32,000 bases of DNA from Bifidobacterium longum subsp. longum JCM 1217 (GTDB lineage: Bacteria > Actinomycetota > Actinomycetes > Actinomycetales > Bifidobacteriaceae). The DNA lies in the NCBI RefSeq assembly GCF_000196555.1, contig NC_015067.1, forward strand, positions 1,950,001-1,982,000. The letters are read 5' to 3'. Of the stretch, positions 1-7,151 are shown one piece after another. The number at the start of each line of letters is the position of its first letter. Position 1 is the stretch's first letter. The position numbers and the translations under genes are program-made. The notes beneath the pieces were generated by a model that saw only the letters and a list, made by a program, of their open reading frames with translations, searched no databases and had not been told where the DNA came from.

Positions 1-1
1 C

Positions 2-904
2 CTGAACATCGGCGTGGTGCGTCCTGAGGTCGACCCGACCTGGCGCTTCATGACCATCGACCACGACGGCAAGATCCGCATGGACCCGTCTTCCCCGTAC
101 GCCATGAAGGGCCTGGTCGACGAGCTCAACGCCGGCGCTTGGGACAAGTACGATCTGGTCGGCGGCACCGACCCGGACGCCGACCGTCACGGCATCGTCT
201 GCCCGAACTGGGGCGTGATGAACCCGAACCACTACATCGCCGTGTGCGTGGAGTACCTGTTCGGCGGCAACCGTCCGGGCTGGCCTGAGGGCGCAGCCGT
301 GGGCAAGACGCTGGTCTCCTCTTCCCTGATCGACCGCGTGGCCGCATCGATCAACGCGAAGGTCATCGAAGTGCCGGTGGGCTTCAAGTGGTTCGTGGAC
401 CCGCTGTTCAGCGGCGAAGTCGCCTTCGGCGGCGAGGAGAGCTCCGGCATGAGCTTCCTGCGCAAGGACGGCCGCGTGTGGACCACCGATAAGGATGGTC
501 TGATCCCCGACCTGCTGGCCGCCGAGATCACCGCCAAGACCGGCAAGAACCCGGCCCAGCTTCACCAGGAGCAGGTCGAGCGCTTCGGCGAGTCTTGGTA
601 CAAGCGCGTCGACACCCCGACCACGCTGGAGCAGAAGGCCAAGTTCGCCAAGCTGACCGGTGATGATGTGGCCGCCACGCAGCTGGCTGGCGAAGACATC
701 ACCGCCAAGCTGACCGAGGCACCGGGCAACCACGCCAAGATCGGCGGTCTGAAGGTCACCACCAAGGACAACTGGTTCGCCGCCCGCCCCTCCGGCACCG
801 AGAACATCTACAAGGTGTACGCCGAGTCTTTCGTCTCCCCCGAGGCTCTGGACAAGGTGCTCGACGAGGCCACCGTCGTGGTAGACAAGGCCCTGAGCGA
901 GTGA
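2..904 (+). CDS. pgm: Phosphoglucomutase, alpha-D-glucose-phosphate specific. C-terminal ~300 aa; the 5' end lies outside the window.
   Basis: The frame is open to the left window edge. The translation ([37 protein letters not shown]) matches conserved domains III-IV of alpha-phosphoglucomutases. Third codon positions are GC-rich. Confidence 0.9.
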   Translation: MNIGVVRPEVDPTWRFMTIDHDGKIRMDPSSPYAMKGLVDELNAGAWDKYDLVGGTDPDADRHGIVCPNWGVMNPNHYIAVCVEYLFGGNRPGWPEGAAVGKTLVSSSLIDRVAASINAKVIEVPVGFKWFVDPLFSGEVAFGGEESSGMSFLRKDGRVWTTDKDGLIPDLLAAEITAKTGKNPAQLHQEQVERFGESWYKRVDTPTTLEQKAKFAKLTGDDVAATQLAGEDITAKLTEAPGNHAKIGGLKVTTKDNWFAARPSGTENIYKVYAESFVSPEALDKVLDEATVVVDKALSE

Positions 905-941
905 AATCGCTGCGTTAGTCGCGTTCACCGCAACTAATAAG

Positions 942-982
942 GCTCTGCATTGGATTCATACAATCCACTGCAGAGCTTTTTT
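942..982 (+). terminator. Rho-independent terminator of pgm
   Basis: Imperfect stem GCTCTGCATTGGATT / AATCCACTGCAGAGC (one bulged C in the 3' arm), followed by TTTTTT at 977-982, 38 nt after the pgm stop. Confidence 0.75.
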
Positions 983-1077
983 AGCGCATATGCAGTTCGC
1001 GACCACTGAAACACGCAGGTCAACGGTTCTCCTCATGCACCGTGACTGCATTTTCTCAACATCACTGCAGGGCAGGA

Positions 1078-1206
1078 CGGCCAGATGACCGCGAAACGTT
1101 CGCCTGCCTACCATCATCATTGTGGGGTCACAGCGGCCAGATGACCGCCGAAGCGTTCGGTCGGCTTGCATCATGGTCGAGTTTTAACATCGTTGTGGGA
1201 CGCCAC
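1078..1206. repeat. Imperfect tandem duplication with a ~56-bp period. Each copy starts CGGCCAGATGACCGC and ends in TTGTGGG.
   Basis: CGGCCAGATGACCGC occurs at 1078-1092 and 1134-1148. Each copy is followed by a 5-bp hairpin (GCGAAacgTTCGC at 1091-1103; CCGAAgcgTTCGG at 1148-1160), then CATCAT, then TTGTGGG. Confidence 0.7.
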
Positions 1207-1408
1207 GACGAATTTGCCCATTCCAGAGTTGCCATCCCACAAAAGCGTGGGACAACAGCTAAGTCAATCGTTTTACATTTTCCCCCATCCCACACACTCA
1301 AACTGGAAACCCCGGAAAGACGCCATTCCTGCCACACCCGTCACAGCCATTACCCGAGGGGCCGTGGGACGCCACGCAAAAATCGGCAAAACACGCGTAG
1401 CGTCCCAC
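1122..1408. repeat. Cluster of seven GTGGGA(C) heptamer copies, four forward and three reverse
   Basis: Forward copies are at 1122, 1195, 1247 and 1364; reverse copies (TCCCAC) are at 1235, 1288 and 1402. The exact 13-mer GTGGGACGCCACG occurs at 1195-1207 and 1364-1376. An inverted pair TCCCAC-N6-GTGGGA lies at 1235-1252. Confidence 0.7.
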
Positions 1409-1441
1409 ACCCATTGGCGCAAATCCACGCCCAATGCACCG

Positions 1442-1452
1442 CCCCCCCCCCC
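1442..1452. repeat. Homopolymeric C11 tract
   Basis: Eleven consecutive C residues read directly from the sequence, 20 bp outside the IS30 left inverted repeat, in non-coding DNA. Confidence 0.9.
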
Positions 1453-1471
1453 AATCGACCACTATGACACA

Positions 1472-1501
1472 GGCGGGTTCTAGTGATCGTTGCAACACCT
1501 G
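1472..1501. repeat. IS30 left terminal inverted repeat
   Basis: Manual alignment with the reverse complement of 2841-2870 gives 26/30 identical positions. Confidence 0.85.
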
Positions 1502-1522
1502 ACCTACCGCAAGGAGGGTCAG

Positions 1523-2794
1523 GTGACCAGAAGCCACCGAAACGAAGACCGTGGCGGGGAACACCGTTGGACGTTCAACGGCGTCGAATATCCGACGAGG
1601 AAGCTGATGTGCGAGGCGAGACGCGCCGAGTACGTGCGCCTGCTGGACGAGGAAGGCATGAACTTCACCCAGGCCGCGCACGCGGTCGGCGTCTCGAAAC
1701 GCACCGGCAAGGCGTGGCGCAACGGCAGGACGCGCGCCACGGGAAGGAACGAGAAACCCCTGGTGGACTGGTATCGTTCCACCATGGACAAACCCAAGAC
1801 CCTCCATCCGCGCTACCTGAGCCAGGAGGAGCGCATCCAGATCGCGGACCGTCTGCGTCTGGGCGATTCGATCCGCGCCATCGCCCGCCTGCTGGGCCGC
1901 GACCCCGGCACGGTCAGCCGCGAGGTCGAGCGCAACAGGAATCCCGAGTCCGGCGGTTACGAGCCTTACCGCGCCCAGCAGAAGGCCGCGGACCGGCTCA
2001 AACGCCCCAAACCGCGCAAGGCGGCCGAGGGCACGCGACTGTGGGACGAGATCGCCGCCGGGTTGCGCAGGCATTGGAGCCCGGAGCAGATAGCCAACCG
2101 GCTGAGGCTGGACTTCCCGGATAATGGGGATATGCACGCGAGCGTCGAGACGATCTACCAGGCCATCTACCTGCAGGCCAGGGGCGAACTCAAGCAGGAG
2201 CTGAAACGCGCCATGAGGCAGGGGCGAACCGCCCGCAGACCCCAAGGCGGCCAAGGCCGCAAACCCCGTTTCCGCGAACCCATGGCCATGATCTCGGAGC
2301 GACCCCCGGAGATCGAGGACCGGGCGGTCCCGGGCCACTGGGAGGGCGATCTCATCACCGGCAGCCGCAACAAAAGCGCCATCGGCACGCTCGTCGAGCG
2401 CACCACCAGGTTCACGATCCTGCTGCACCTGCCCGACGGGCACGACGCCGAACACGTCCAGCAGGCCATCATCGACAAGATGCAGCACCTGCCCAAACTC
2501 CTGCGCAACAGCCTGACCTGGGACCAGGGAGCGGAACTCGCCCTGCACAAACGGATCGGCGCCTCGCTGGACATGGCCGTCTACTTCTGCGACCCGCACT
2601 CCCCGTGGCAGCGCGGCACCAACGAGAACACCAACGGGCTCCTGCGCCAGTACTTCCCCAAAGGCACCGACCTATCCGTCTACCCGGAGGACTACCTCGA
2701 CGCGGTCGCCGAGGAACTCAACGACCGGCCACGCAAAACCCTCGGGTTCATGAAACCAAGCGAGAAGATCATCGAACTGCTCGACGCCGCGTGA
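1523..2794 (+). CDS. IS30 family transposase (DDE)
   Basis: The translation has HWEGDLI, TWDQGAE and RGTNENTNGLLRQYFPKGTDL, the IS30-type DDE catalytic region, plus an N-terminal HTH. AAGGAGG at 1511-1517 favours the GTG at 1523. The ORF-track ATG at 1490 lies inside the left inverted repeat. Confidence 0.9.
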   Translation: MTRSHRNEDRGGEHRWTFNGVEYPTRKLMCEARRAEYVRLLDEEGMNFTQAAHAVGVSKRTGKAWRNGRTRATGRNEKPLVDWYRSTMDKPKTLHPRYLSQEERIQIADRLRLGDSIRAIARLLGRDPGTVSREVERNRNPESGGYEPYRAQQKAADRLKRPKPRKAAEGTRLWDEIAAGLRRHWSPEQIANRLRLDFPDNGDMHASVETIYQAIYLQARGELKQELKRAMRQGRTARRPQGGQGRKPRFREPMAMISERPPEIEDRAVPGHWEGDLITGSRNKSAIGTLVERTTRFTILLHLPDGHDAEHVQQAIIDKMQHLPKLLRNSLTWDQGAELALHKRIGASLDMAVYFCDPHSPWQRGTNENTNGLLRQYFPKGTDLSVYPEDYLDAVAEELNDRPRKTLGFMKPSEKIIELLDAA

Positions 2795-2840
2795 TAACCT
2801 CAACAACCGACAACGTGACCATGGAAGGCCGCTCAAACCT

Positions 2841-2870
2841 CAGGTGTTGCAACCACCACTAGAATCTGCC
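2841..2870. repeat. IS30 right terminal inverted repeat
   Basis: CAGGTGTTGCAACCACCACTAGAATCTGCC, the partner of 1472-1501. Confidence 0.85.
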
Positions 2871-3018
2871 ACATTTCCCTCCACAATCGAACACTAGTCA
2901 TTCACGAAATCCATCACTACGAGGCATCGCAATCGAACGGCATGCAATATCAAGCACACACCACAACAACAGGTCGTACAAATATTGCCTTTACATCAGT
3001 CCATTTCGGACATTATGG

Positions 3019-4116
3019 TCACAGCAGGCTCTGCGACAACTCTTCAAGAGACATGGCAACTACATGAAACTCGAATACGGCACCGCGCGAAGCAAGCGCC
3101 CTCGCCACGTTGAAAGCGAATTCAGCACGAGCGTCCTCGTTAGCGATACTTGCCGCCGTGGCGACGAAGACCAGCCATCTCCGCCCGACCAGCACACCCC
3201 TTTTCTCTTGGTCACGGCGCCATTGAGCCTTACTCGTACGATGATGATCGCCATCATATTCAACAGCGACCTTGAACTCTGGCCACGCTAAGTCCAACGT
3301 TATGGGAGCTCCAGATGCAAAAGCCGCATCCGGCACCACATAGTTCGCAACCGGCTGTGGAATCCCATGCGCTACCAGAGAGAGTCGTTCTTCTGATTCT
3401 TTGGGCGAATCAGCACCAGGTGATATCAGCGGCAATGCTCGAACGCAGGACGGGCGCCCTCTGAATCGGGTAAATCGCTCCACGAACTTCACCAGATCCT
3501 GATAGATTGCAGCAGCATCACGATCCTTGGCCAATACTGGCTGTTTGCTCGTAGCAGCGATGACGGCATCCCCGAGCACAATCAGGGACTCAAAAGAAAC
3601 ATACGGGGCAAGTTGGGCCCATACGTGAAACAGGTCCAGCGCAAACACGTGTTGGTTCATTTCCACATTGGCGGCTTTAGCCGCATGTTTCCAAATATGC
3701 GTTTGCAGTGGTGCATGGCGTGTACGAAACCGCTTGCTCTTAACGCTGGATACAGTGTGCAGCTTGGCCGAGTCGAGGTCGCAATCGGCGGGAATCGGTA
3801 CGGATTGCAGAGCGAGGGAAGTGGTCATGCCGAAAAGCAGCTTCTTGCCCGCCCGTTTCGCTTCCTCAGTGCAGCGTGCGACCATGTCGCGTCTGCGCTG
3901 GGCGAGGCTTTCGCTCATGGTCGGTGTCGCTGCAGAATCATGTGCACCACTGTTCGGCGATGACGAGTCGCGAGAAGTCGGGTATTTCGAGTCAGTAGAA
4001 AATGACCCCGCAAATTCAGGCGGAACAAAAACCGCCTCCGATTCTTCCGGAGGCTGATCGTATATAGAGCCTGGCAGAGCTCCATAGTTGGTGATGCCGT
4101 CGGTCATCCTGTTCAT
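3019..4116 (-). CDS. DUF559 / Vsr-like endonuclease-domain protein with a low-complexity N-terminus
   Basis: The C-terminus (LDLAWPEFKVAVEYDGDHHRT ... WRRDQEKRGVLVGRRWLVFV) resembles the DUF559 restriction-endonuclease-fold module common in Actinobacteria. The first ~75 aa are Ser/Pro-rich. By eye the GC content is lower than in the neighbouring core genes. Confidence 0.75.
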   Translation of the reverse strand: MNRMTDGITNYGALPGSIYDQPPEESEAVFVPPEFAGSFSTDSKYPTSRDSSSPNSGAHDSAATPTMSESLAQRRRDMVARCTEEAKRAGKKLLFGMTTSLALQSVPIPADCDLDSAKLHTVSSVKSKRFRTRHAPLQTHIWKHAAKAANVEMNQHVFALDLFHVWAQLAPYVSFESLIVLGDAVIAATSKQPVLAKDRDAAAIYQDLVKFVERFTRFRGRPSCVRALPLISPGADSPKESEERLSLVAHGIPQPVANYVVPDAAFASGAPITLDLAWPEFKVAVEYDGDHHRTSKAQWRRDQEKRGVLVGRRWLVFVATAASIANEDARAEFAFNVARALASRGAVFEFHVVAMSLEELSQSLL

Positions 4117-4258
4117 GACACCACCATATGGGTAGTGGGTGCGGAAACGGAAGCCGATCCGAGGTATGTGGTCCTAGCTTCACTTACGCACATTCATTGT
4201 GGATAACCATGTGGACACCTCACTTATACACATAGTCATCCACCTCTTCAACCCCGAT

Positions 4259-4286
4259 TTGACACACTAACTGTATCTGATATGAT
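4259..4286 (+). promoter_or_regulatory. Candidate sigma-70-type promoter of the Rrf2 gene
   Basis: TTGACA at 4259-4264, a 16-bp spacer, then TATGAT at 4281-4286, about 60 nt upstream of the ATG at 4347. Confidence 0.45.
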
Positions 4287-4324
4287 TACAGTATCATAAC
4301 TGTACACATCATAGTTACAGTATC
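4268..4324. promoter_or_regulatory. Two tandem 28-bp operator-like palindromes (TAACTGTA-N10-TTACAGTATC)
   Basis: Unit 1 is 4268-4295 (TAACTGTATCTGATATGATTACAGTATC). Unit 2 is 4297-4324 (TAACTGTACACATCATAGTTACAGTATC). Each contains ACTGTA-N12-TACAGT. Unit 1 overlaps the putative -10 box and unit 2 covers the likely transcript start. Confidence 0.6.
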
Positions 4325-4346
4325 GACTCGGTAAGGAGGTCGTTTC

Positions 4347-4769
4347 ATGAACGGCGACCATTCACTGGCAGTGCACGCATTGGTCTACCTTGACCATCGC
4401 GCCACACACCTGCCCAGTCAGATCCTGGCCGAGAACATATGTACCAATGCGGCGCGCGTGCGCAAAGTAATGCGACCGCTCGCCTCAGCCGGACTCATCG
4501 CCACTAAAGAGGGTGCTGAAGGCGGGTACGCTCTGGCCCGGCCCGCCGCCGAAATCACTTTGCGCGCGGTAGCGGAAGCCACCGGCACCACTTTTGTGAA
4601 AGTGAACTGGACACCGGGCGACGTACACGAGGACTGTCTGGTGTCATCTTCAATGGGCGCAGTGATGAACGACATCTATGCCGGGCTCAACCGCACTTGC
4701 CTCGAACAACTCGAACACACCACCATCCACGACATCACCGAACAGATATTCAGCGAGCGCAAAGGCTAA
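4347..4769 (+). CDS. Rrf2 family transcriptional regulator
   Basis: 140 aa with an N-terminal winged HTH typical of Rrf2 proteins (LAVHALVYLD ... QILAENICTNAARVRKVMRPLASAGLIATKEGAEGGYALARP). GGTAAGGAGG lies 8 nt upstream of the ATG. Confidence 0.9.
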   Translation: MNGDHSLAVHALVYLDHRATHLPSQILAENICTNAARVRKVMRPLASAGLIATKEGAEGGYALARPAAEITLRAVAEATGTTFVKVNWTPGDVHEDCLVSSSMGAVMNDIYAGLNRTCLEQLEHTTIHDITEQIFSERKG

Positions 4770-4902
4770 TAATCCCGCGCGTTTCCCCTAGCCAGCATCA
4801 GTCGATAACGCTTCGGCAGTCAAAGAAGAAAACAGACGCCGCACGGCACACAACACATCAGCACAACGCACTCTTATCACTCGAATACGTAAGGAAGTAA
4901 CC

Positions 4903-6519
4903 ATGTCCATCAGCACACCCAATGCCATCAGCACACCCAGCACCTCCCCCACTATCACCACCGACGCCCTGATCATTGGATTCGGCAAGGGCGGCAAAAC
5001 CTTGGCTGCCAAGCTCAGTGCAGCCGGCCGCAAGGTCGTCGTCGCCGAGGCAAGCGCCGACATGTACGGCGGCACCTGCATCAATATCGGATGCTTGCCG
5101 TCCAAGTCACTGATTTTGTCCGCCGAACAGGCGCGGCGGGATGGCGCGAACAGTACTCCCGAAACCCGCGAAGCAGCGTTCGAGGCTGCTATCAAGGAGA
5201 AGCGCCGCGTCACTTCGATGCTGCGCGACAAGAACTATCACAAGCTCGCCGACCAAGACAACATCACCGTAATCACCGGCCGCGCTCACTTCACCGGCCC
5301 TCATAGCGTGGAAATCGCCACCGCTGAGGGCCCGGTCGCCGTGACCGCCAGCAAGATCTTCATCAATACCGGTGCCACGCCGCGCATTCCGGATATTCCC
5401 GGTATCCACACTACGCCCGGCGTCTACACCAGCACTGGACTGATGGATCTCGACGATATGCCGCAGCGACTGGTGATTATCGGTTCAGGATTCATTGGAC
5501 TTGAGTTTGCCTCGATGTTTGCCGATTTCGGCACGGCGGTTACCGTGCTGCAGCACAATGCCGAGTTCCTGCCGCGCGAGGATGCGGATGTGGCGGCCGC
5601 GATTCGCGCACAGTTGGAAGCGCAGGGCGTCAAGTTCCTGTTCAACGCGGATACCAAGGCCATCGCGCCTGCTGCTGACGGCGGCGTCAGGTTGTCCGTT
5701 GCGGTGAAGGGTATGACTCGCGGCGCATCGCAAGCTTGCGATTCCACCCCCGCCGGCACCGGGAACGCTCATACCGATATCACCGGCGCCACCGACACTA
5801 CAACAACCACCAGCCCCACTAGCAACCCGACCGATCACGCCACGATGTCACACGTTCAAACGAAACCATCAGACGATGGCGAGCCGCGGTTCGCCGAGCC
5901 GGCTGAAGCCCGATTCTGCCTGACCACCGACGCGGTACTGGTGGCCACCGGACGTACGCCGAACGTCGAGGGACTGCATCTTGAGGCAGCTGGCGTGGAG
6001 CTCACCGAACGCGGTGCCGTGAAAGTCGACGAGCTTCTGCGCACCACAGCAGCCGACATTTGGGCTCTGGGCGATGTGAACGGCGGCCCGCAGCACACGT
6101 ACATTTCGCTGGATGACTATCGCGTGGTGTGGTCGCAGCTCAATGGTTCCGACCGTCCGTACACGGTGAAGGACCGCAAGCATGTGCCGTCGAGCACATT
6201 CCTCGCCACGCCTTACTCGCGCGTGGGATTGAATGAGCGCGAGGCGAAGGCGGCTGGATTGGATTATGTGGTCAAGCGATTGCCGGTGGCCGCTGTGCCG
6301 AAGGCCCAGGTAATGCGGCGACCGGATGGTCTGATGAAGGCGATTGTGGAACGCAATACTGGCCGCATTCTGGGTGCGATGCTGCTTTCCGTCGAGTCGC
6401 ACGAGGTGATCAATATCGTCAAGTTGGCGATGGATCTTGACGCGCCGGCCAGCACGTTGCGCGATATGGTGTTCACGCATCCGACGATTGCCGAGGCACT
6501 GAACGACTTGTTCGCGTAG
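4903..6519 (+). CDS. Class I pyridine nucleotide-disulfide oxidoreductase (FAD-dependent), carrying a ~70-aa low-complexity insertion
   Basis: GFGKGG dinucleotide fold, redox-active GGTCINIGCLPSK (C-x4-C), a second GSGFIGLE fold, and the C-terminal HPTIAEAL dimerisation/His-Glu motif. AAGGAAG RBS upstream. Confidence 0.9.
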   Translation: MSISTPNAISTPSTSPTITTDALIIGFGKGGKTLAAKLSAAGRKVVVAEASADMYGGTCINIGCLPSKSLILSAEQARRDGANSTPETREAAFEAAIKEKRRVTSMLRDKNYHKLADQDNITVITGRAHFTGPHSVEIATAEGPVAVTASKIFINTGATPRIPDIPGIHTTPGVYTSTGLMDLDDMPQRLVIIGSGFIGLEFASMFADFGTAVTVLQHNAEFLPREDADVAAAIRAQLEAQGVKFLFNADTKAIAPAADGGVRLSVAVKGMTRGASQACDSTPAGTGNAHTDITGATDTTTTTSPTSNPTDHATMSHVQTKPSDDGEPRFAEPAEARFCLTTDAVLVATGRTPNVEGLHLEAAGVELTERGAVKVDELLRTTAADIWALGDVNGGPQHTYISLDDYRVVWSQLNGSDRPYTVKDRKHVPSSTFLATPYSRVGLNEREAKAAGLDYVVKRLPVAAVPKAQVMRRPDGLMKAIVERNTGRILGAMLLSVESHEVINIVKLAMDLDAPASTLRDMVFTHPTIAEALNDLFA

Positions 6520-6585
6520 TTTGTTCGCATAGCACGCCCGCGCAGCATGACCCGCGTAGCGCAGCCCGCAACAGACTCCCCTAAT

Positions 6586-6631
6586 GCGCGCGAAGGTCCT
6601 CATCGACGTAAACCGATGAGGACCTTCGCGC
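6586..6631. terminator. Strong hairpin, a possible bidirectional terminator
   Basis: Perfect 18-bp stem GCGCGAAGGTCCTCATCG / CGATGAGGACCTTCGCGC with an 8-nt loop. It lies 67 nt after the oxidoreductase stop. There is no clear U-tract on either strand. Confidence 0.55.
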
Positions 6632-6677
6632 TGTCGTCATGATCCGTACGTGACAGCAATCACGTCCGAACCAGCCG

Positions 6678-7007
6678 TTACTTCAAGCCGAGCTTACGGT
6701 CCAGAATGTCGGAGGCATCCAATCCTAAGCGGCGTCGGATGAACCAGCCAAGACCGAGCGGCAGGCCGGGAGCCAAGGCCATGCCGCCTGGACCGAGTGC
6801 CACGGTTTTGGAGTTGCCTGCGATAAGCATGGTGCCCTTGGATGCGGCCGTGGAGGTCGAACCATCGCTGTCCGCCTCTGGTTTGAGGATTTCGATGTTG
6901 CCGTCACTGGTTTTGTACAGTCCCTTATTCTCATTCCAGATACCGGATGCGCCATTGTTGCCGGCCTCACCCGCAGAGAGGAAATGTCTTGTTTTTCTTG
7001 TGAGCGC
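6678..7007 (-). pseudogene. Orphan coding-like fragment, either a 5'-truncated gene remnant or a 50-aa ORF starting at ATG 6830
   Basis: Manual translation of the minus frame gives ...GEAGNNGASGIWNENKGLYKTSDGNIEILKPEADSDGSTSTAASKGTMLIAGNSKTVALGPGGMALAPGLPLGLGWFIRRRLGLDASDILDRKLGLK*. Third positions are strongly C/G-biased, as in real genes here. An in-frame stop lies at 7008-7010. There is no ATG, GTG or TTG upstream of the Met at 6830. Confidence 0.35.
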
Positions 7008-7151
7008 TCACCTATTCACGCGCGATGGCATGTTTTTCAAGCAAAGTCAATAGGTGTGATGTTATTCACACTCTTCACTACGTTGTTTTGCCTCGCACTG
7101 GGCAACCCCACTTCAGCAAGAGATTGCACAGCTTGCGTTAGGGTGGAGAAC

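Larger units (their letters stand above)
1472..2870 (+). mobile_element. IS30-family insertion sequence, 1399 bp, apparently intact
   Basis: The terminal inverted repeats match at 26/30 positions (1472-1501 GGCGGGTTCTAGTGATCGTTGCAACACCTG versus the reverse complement of 2841-2870). The element is flanked by the 3-bp direct repeat ACA (1469-1471 and 2871-2873). It holds a single full-length DDE transposase ORF. Confidence 0.9.

Noticed and set aside
1298-2599. 433-aa ORF on the minus strand, antisense to the IS30 transposase
   Set aside because: It is a typical high-GC antisense artefact. The composition is rich in Ala/Gly/Arg/Val, there is no recognisable motif, and it is fully shadowed by a well-supported gene on the other strand.
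4198-4218. DnaA-box-like sequences TGTGGATAA (4198-4206, a perfect match to TTATCCACA) and TGTGGACAC (4210-4218) in the DUF559-Rrf2 intergenic region
   Set aside because: Two 9-mers far from any dnaA/dnaN context are expected by chance. There is no AT-rich unwinding element or further box cluster, so this is not an origin. At most it is a minor regulatory site.
6706-7053. 115-aa plus-strand ORF in the oxidoreductase-rnhA gap
   Set aside because: The third-position bias favours the minus-strand frame instead (see the pseudogene call). The translation is Pro/Ser/Leu-rich with no motif.
6984-7151. ORF-track N-terminal extensions: rnhA from 6984, abfA to 23284, the ATP-grasp gene to 27122, truB to 14213, rpoA to 29989, rpsM to 30930, the transglutaminase gene to 24699 and LacI to 20982
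   Set aside because: In each case an internal ATG or GTG with a good Shine-Dalgarno sequence yields the conserved family N-terminus. The extensions are non-conserved or overlap upstream genes. Only LacI at 20982 remains a reasonable alternative.
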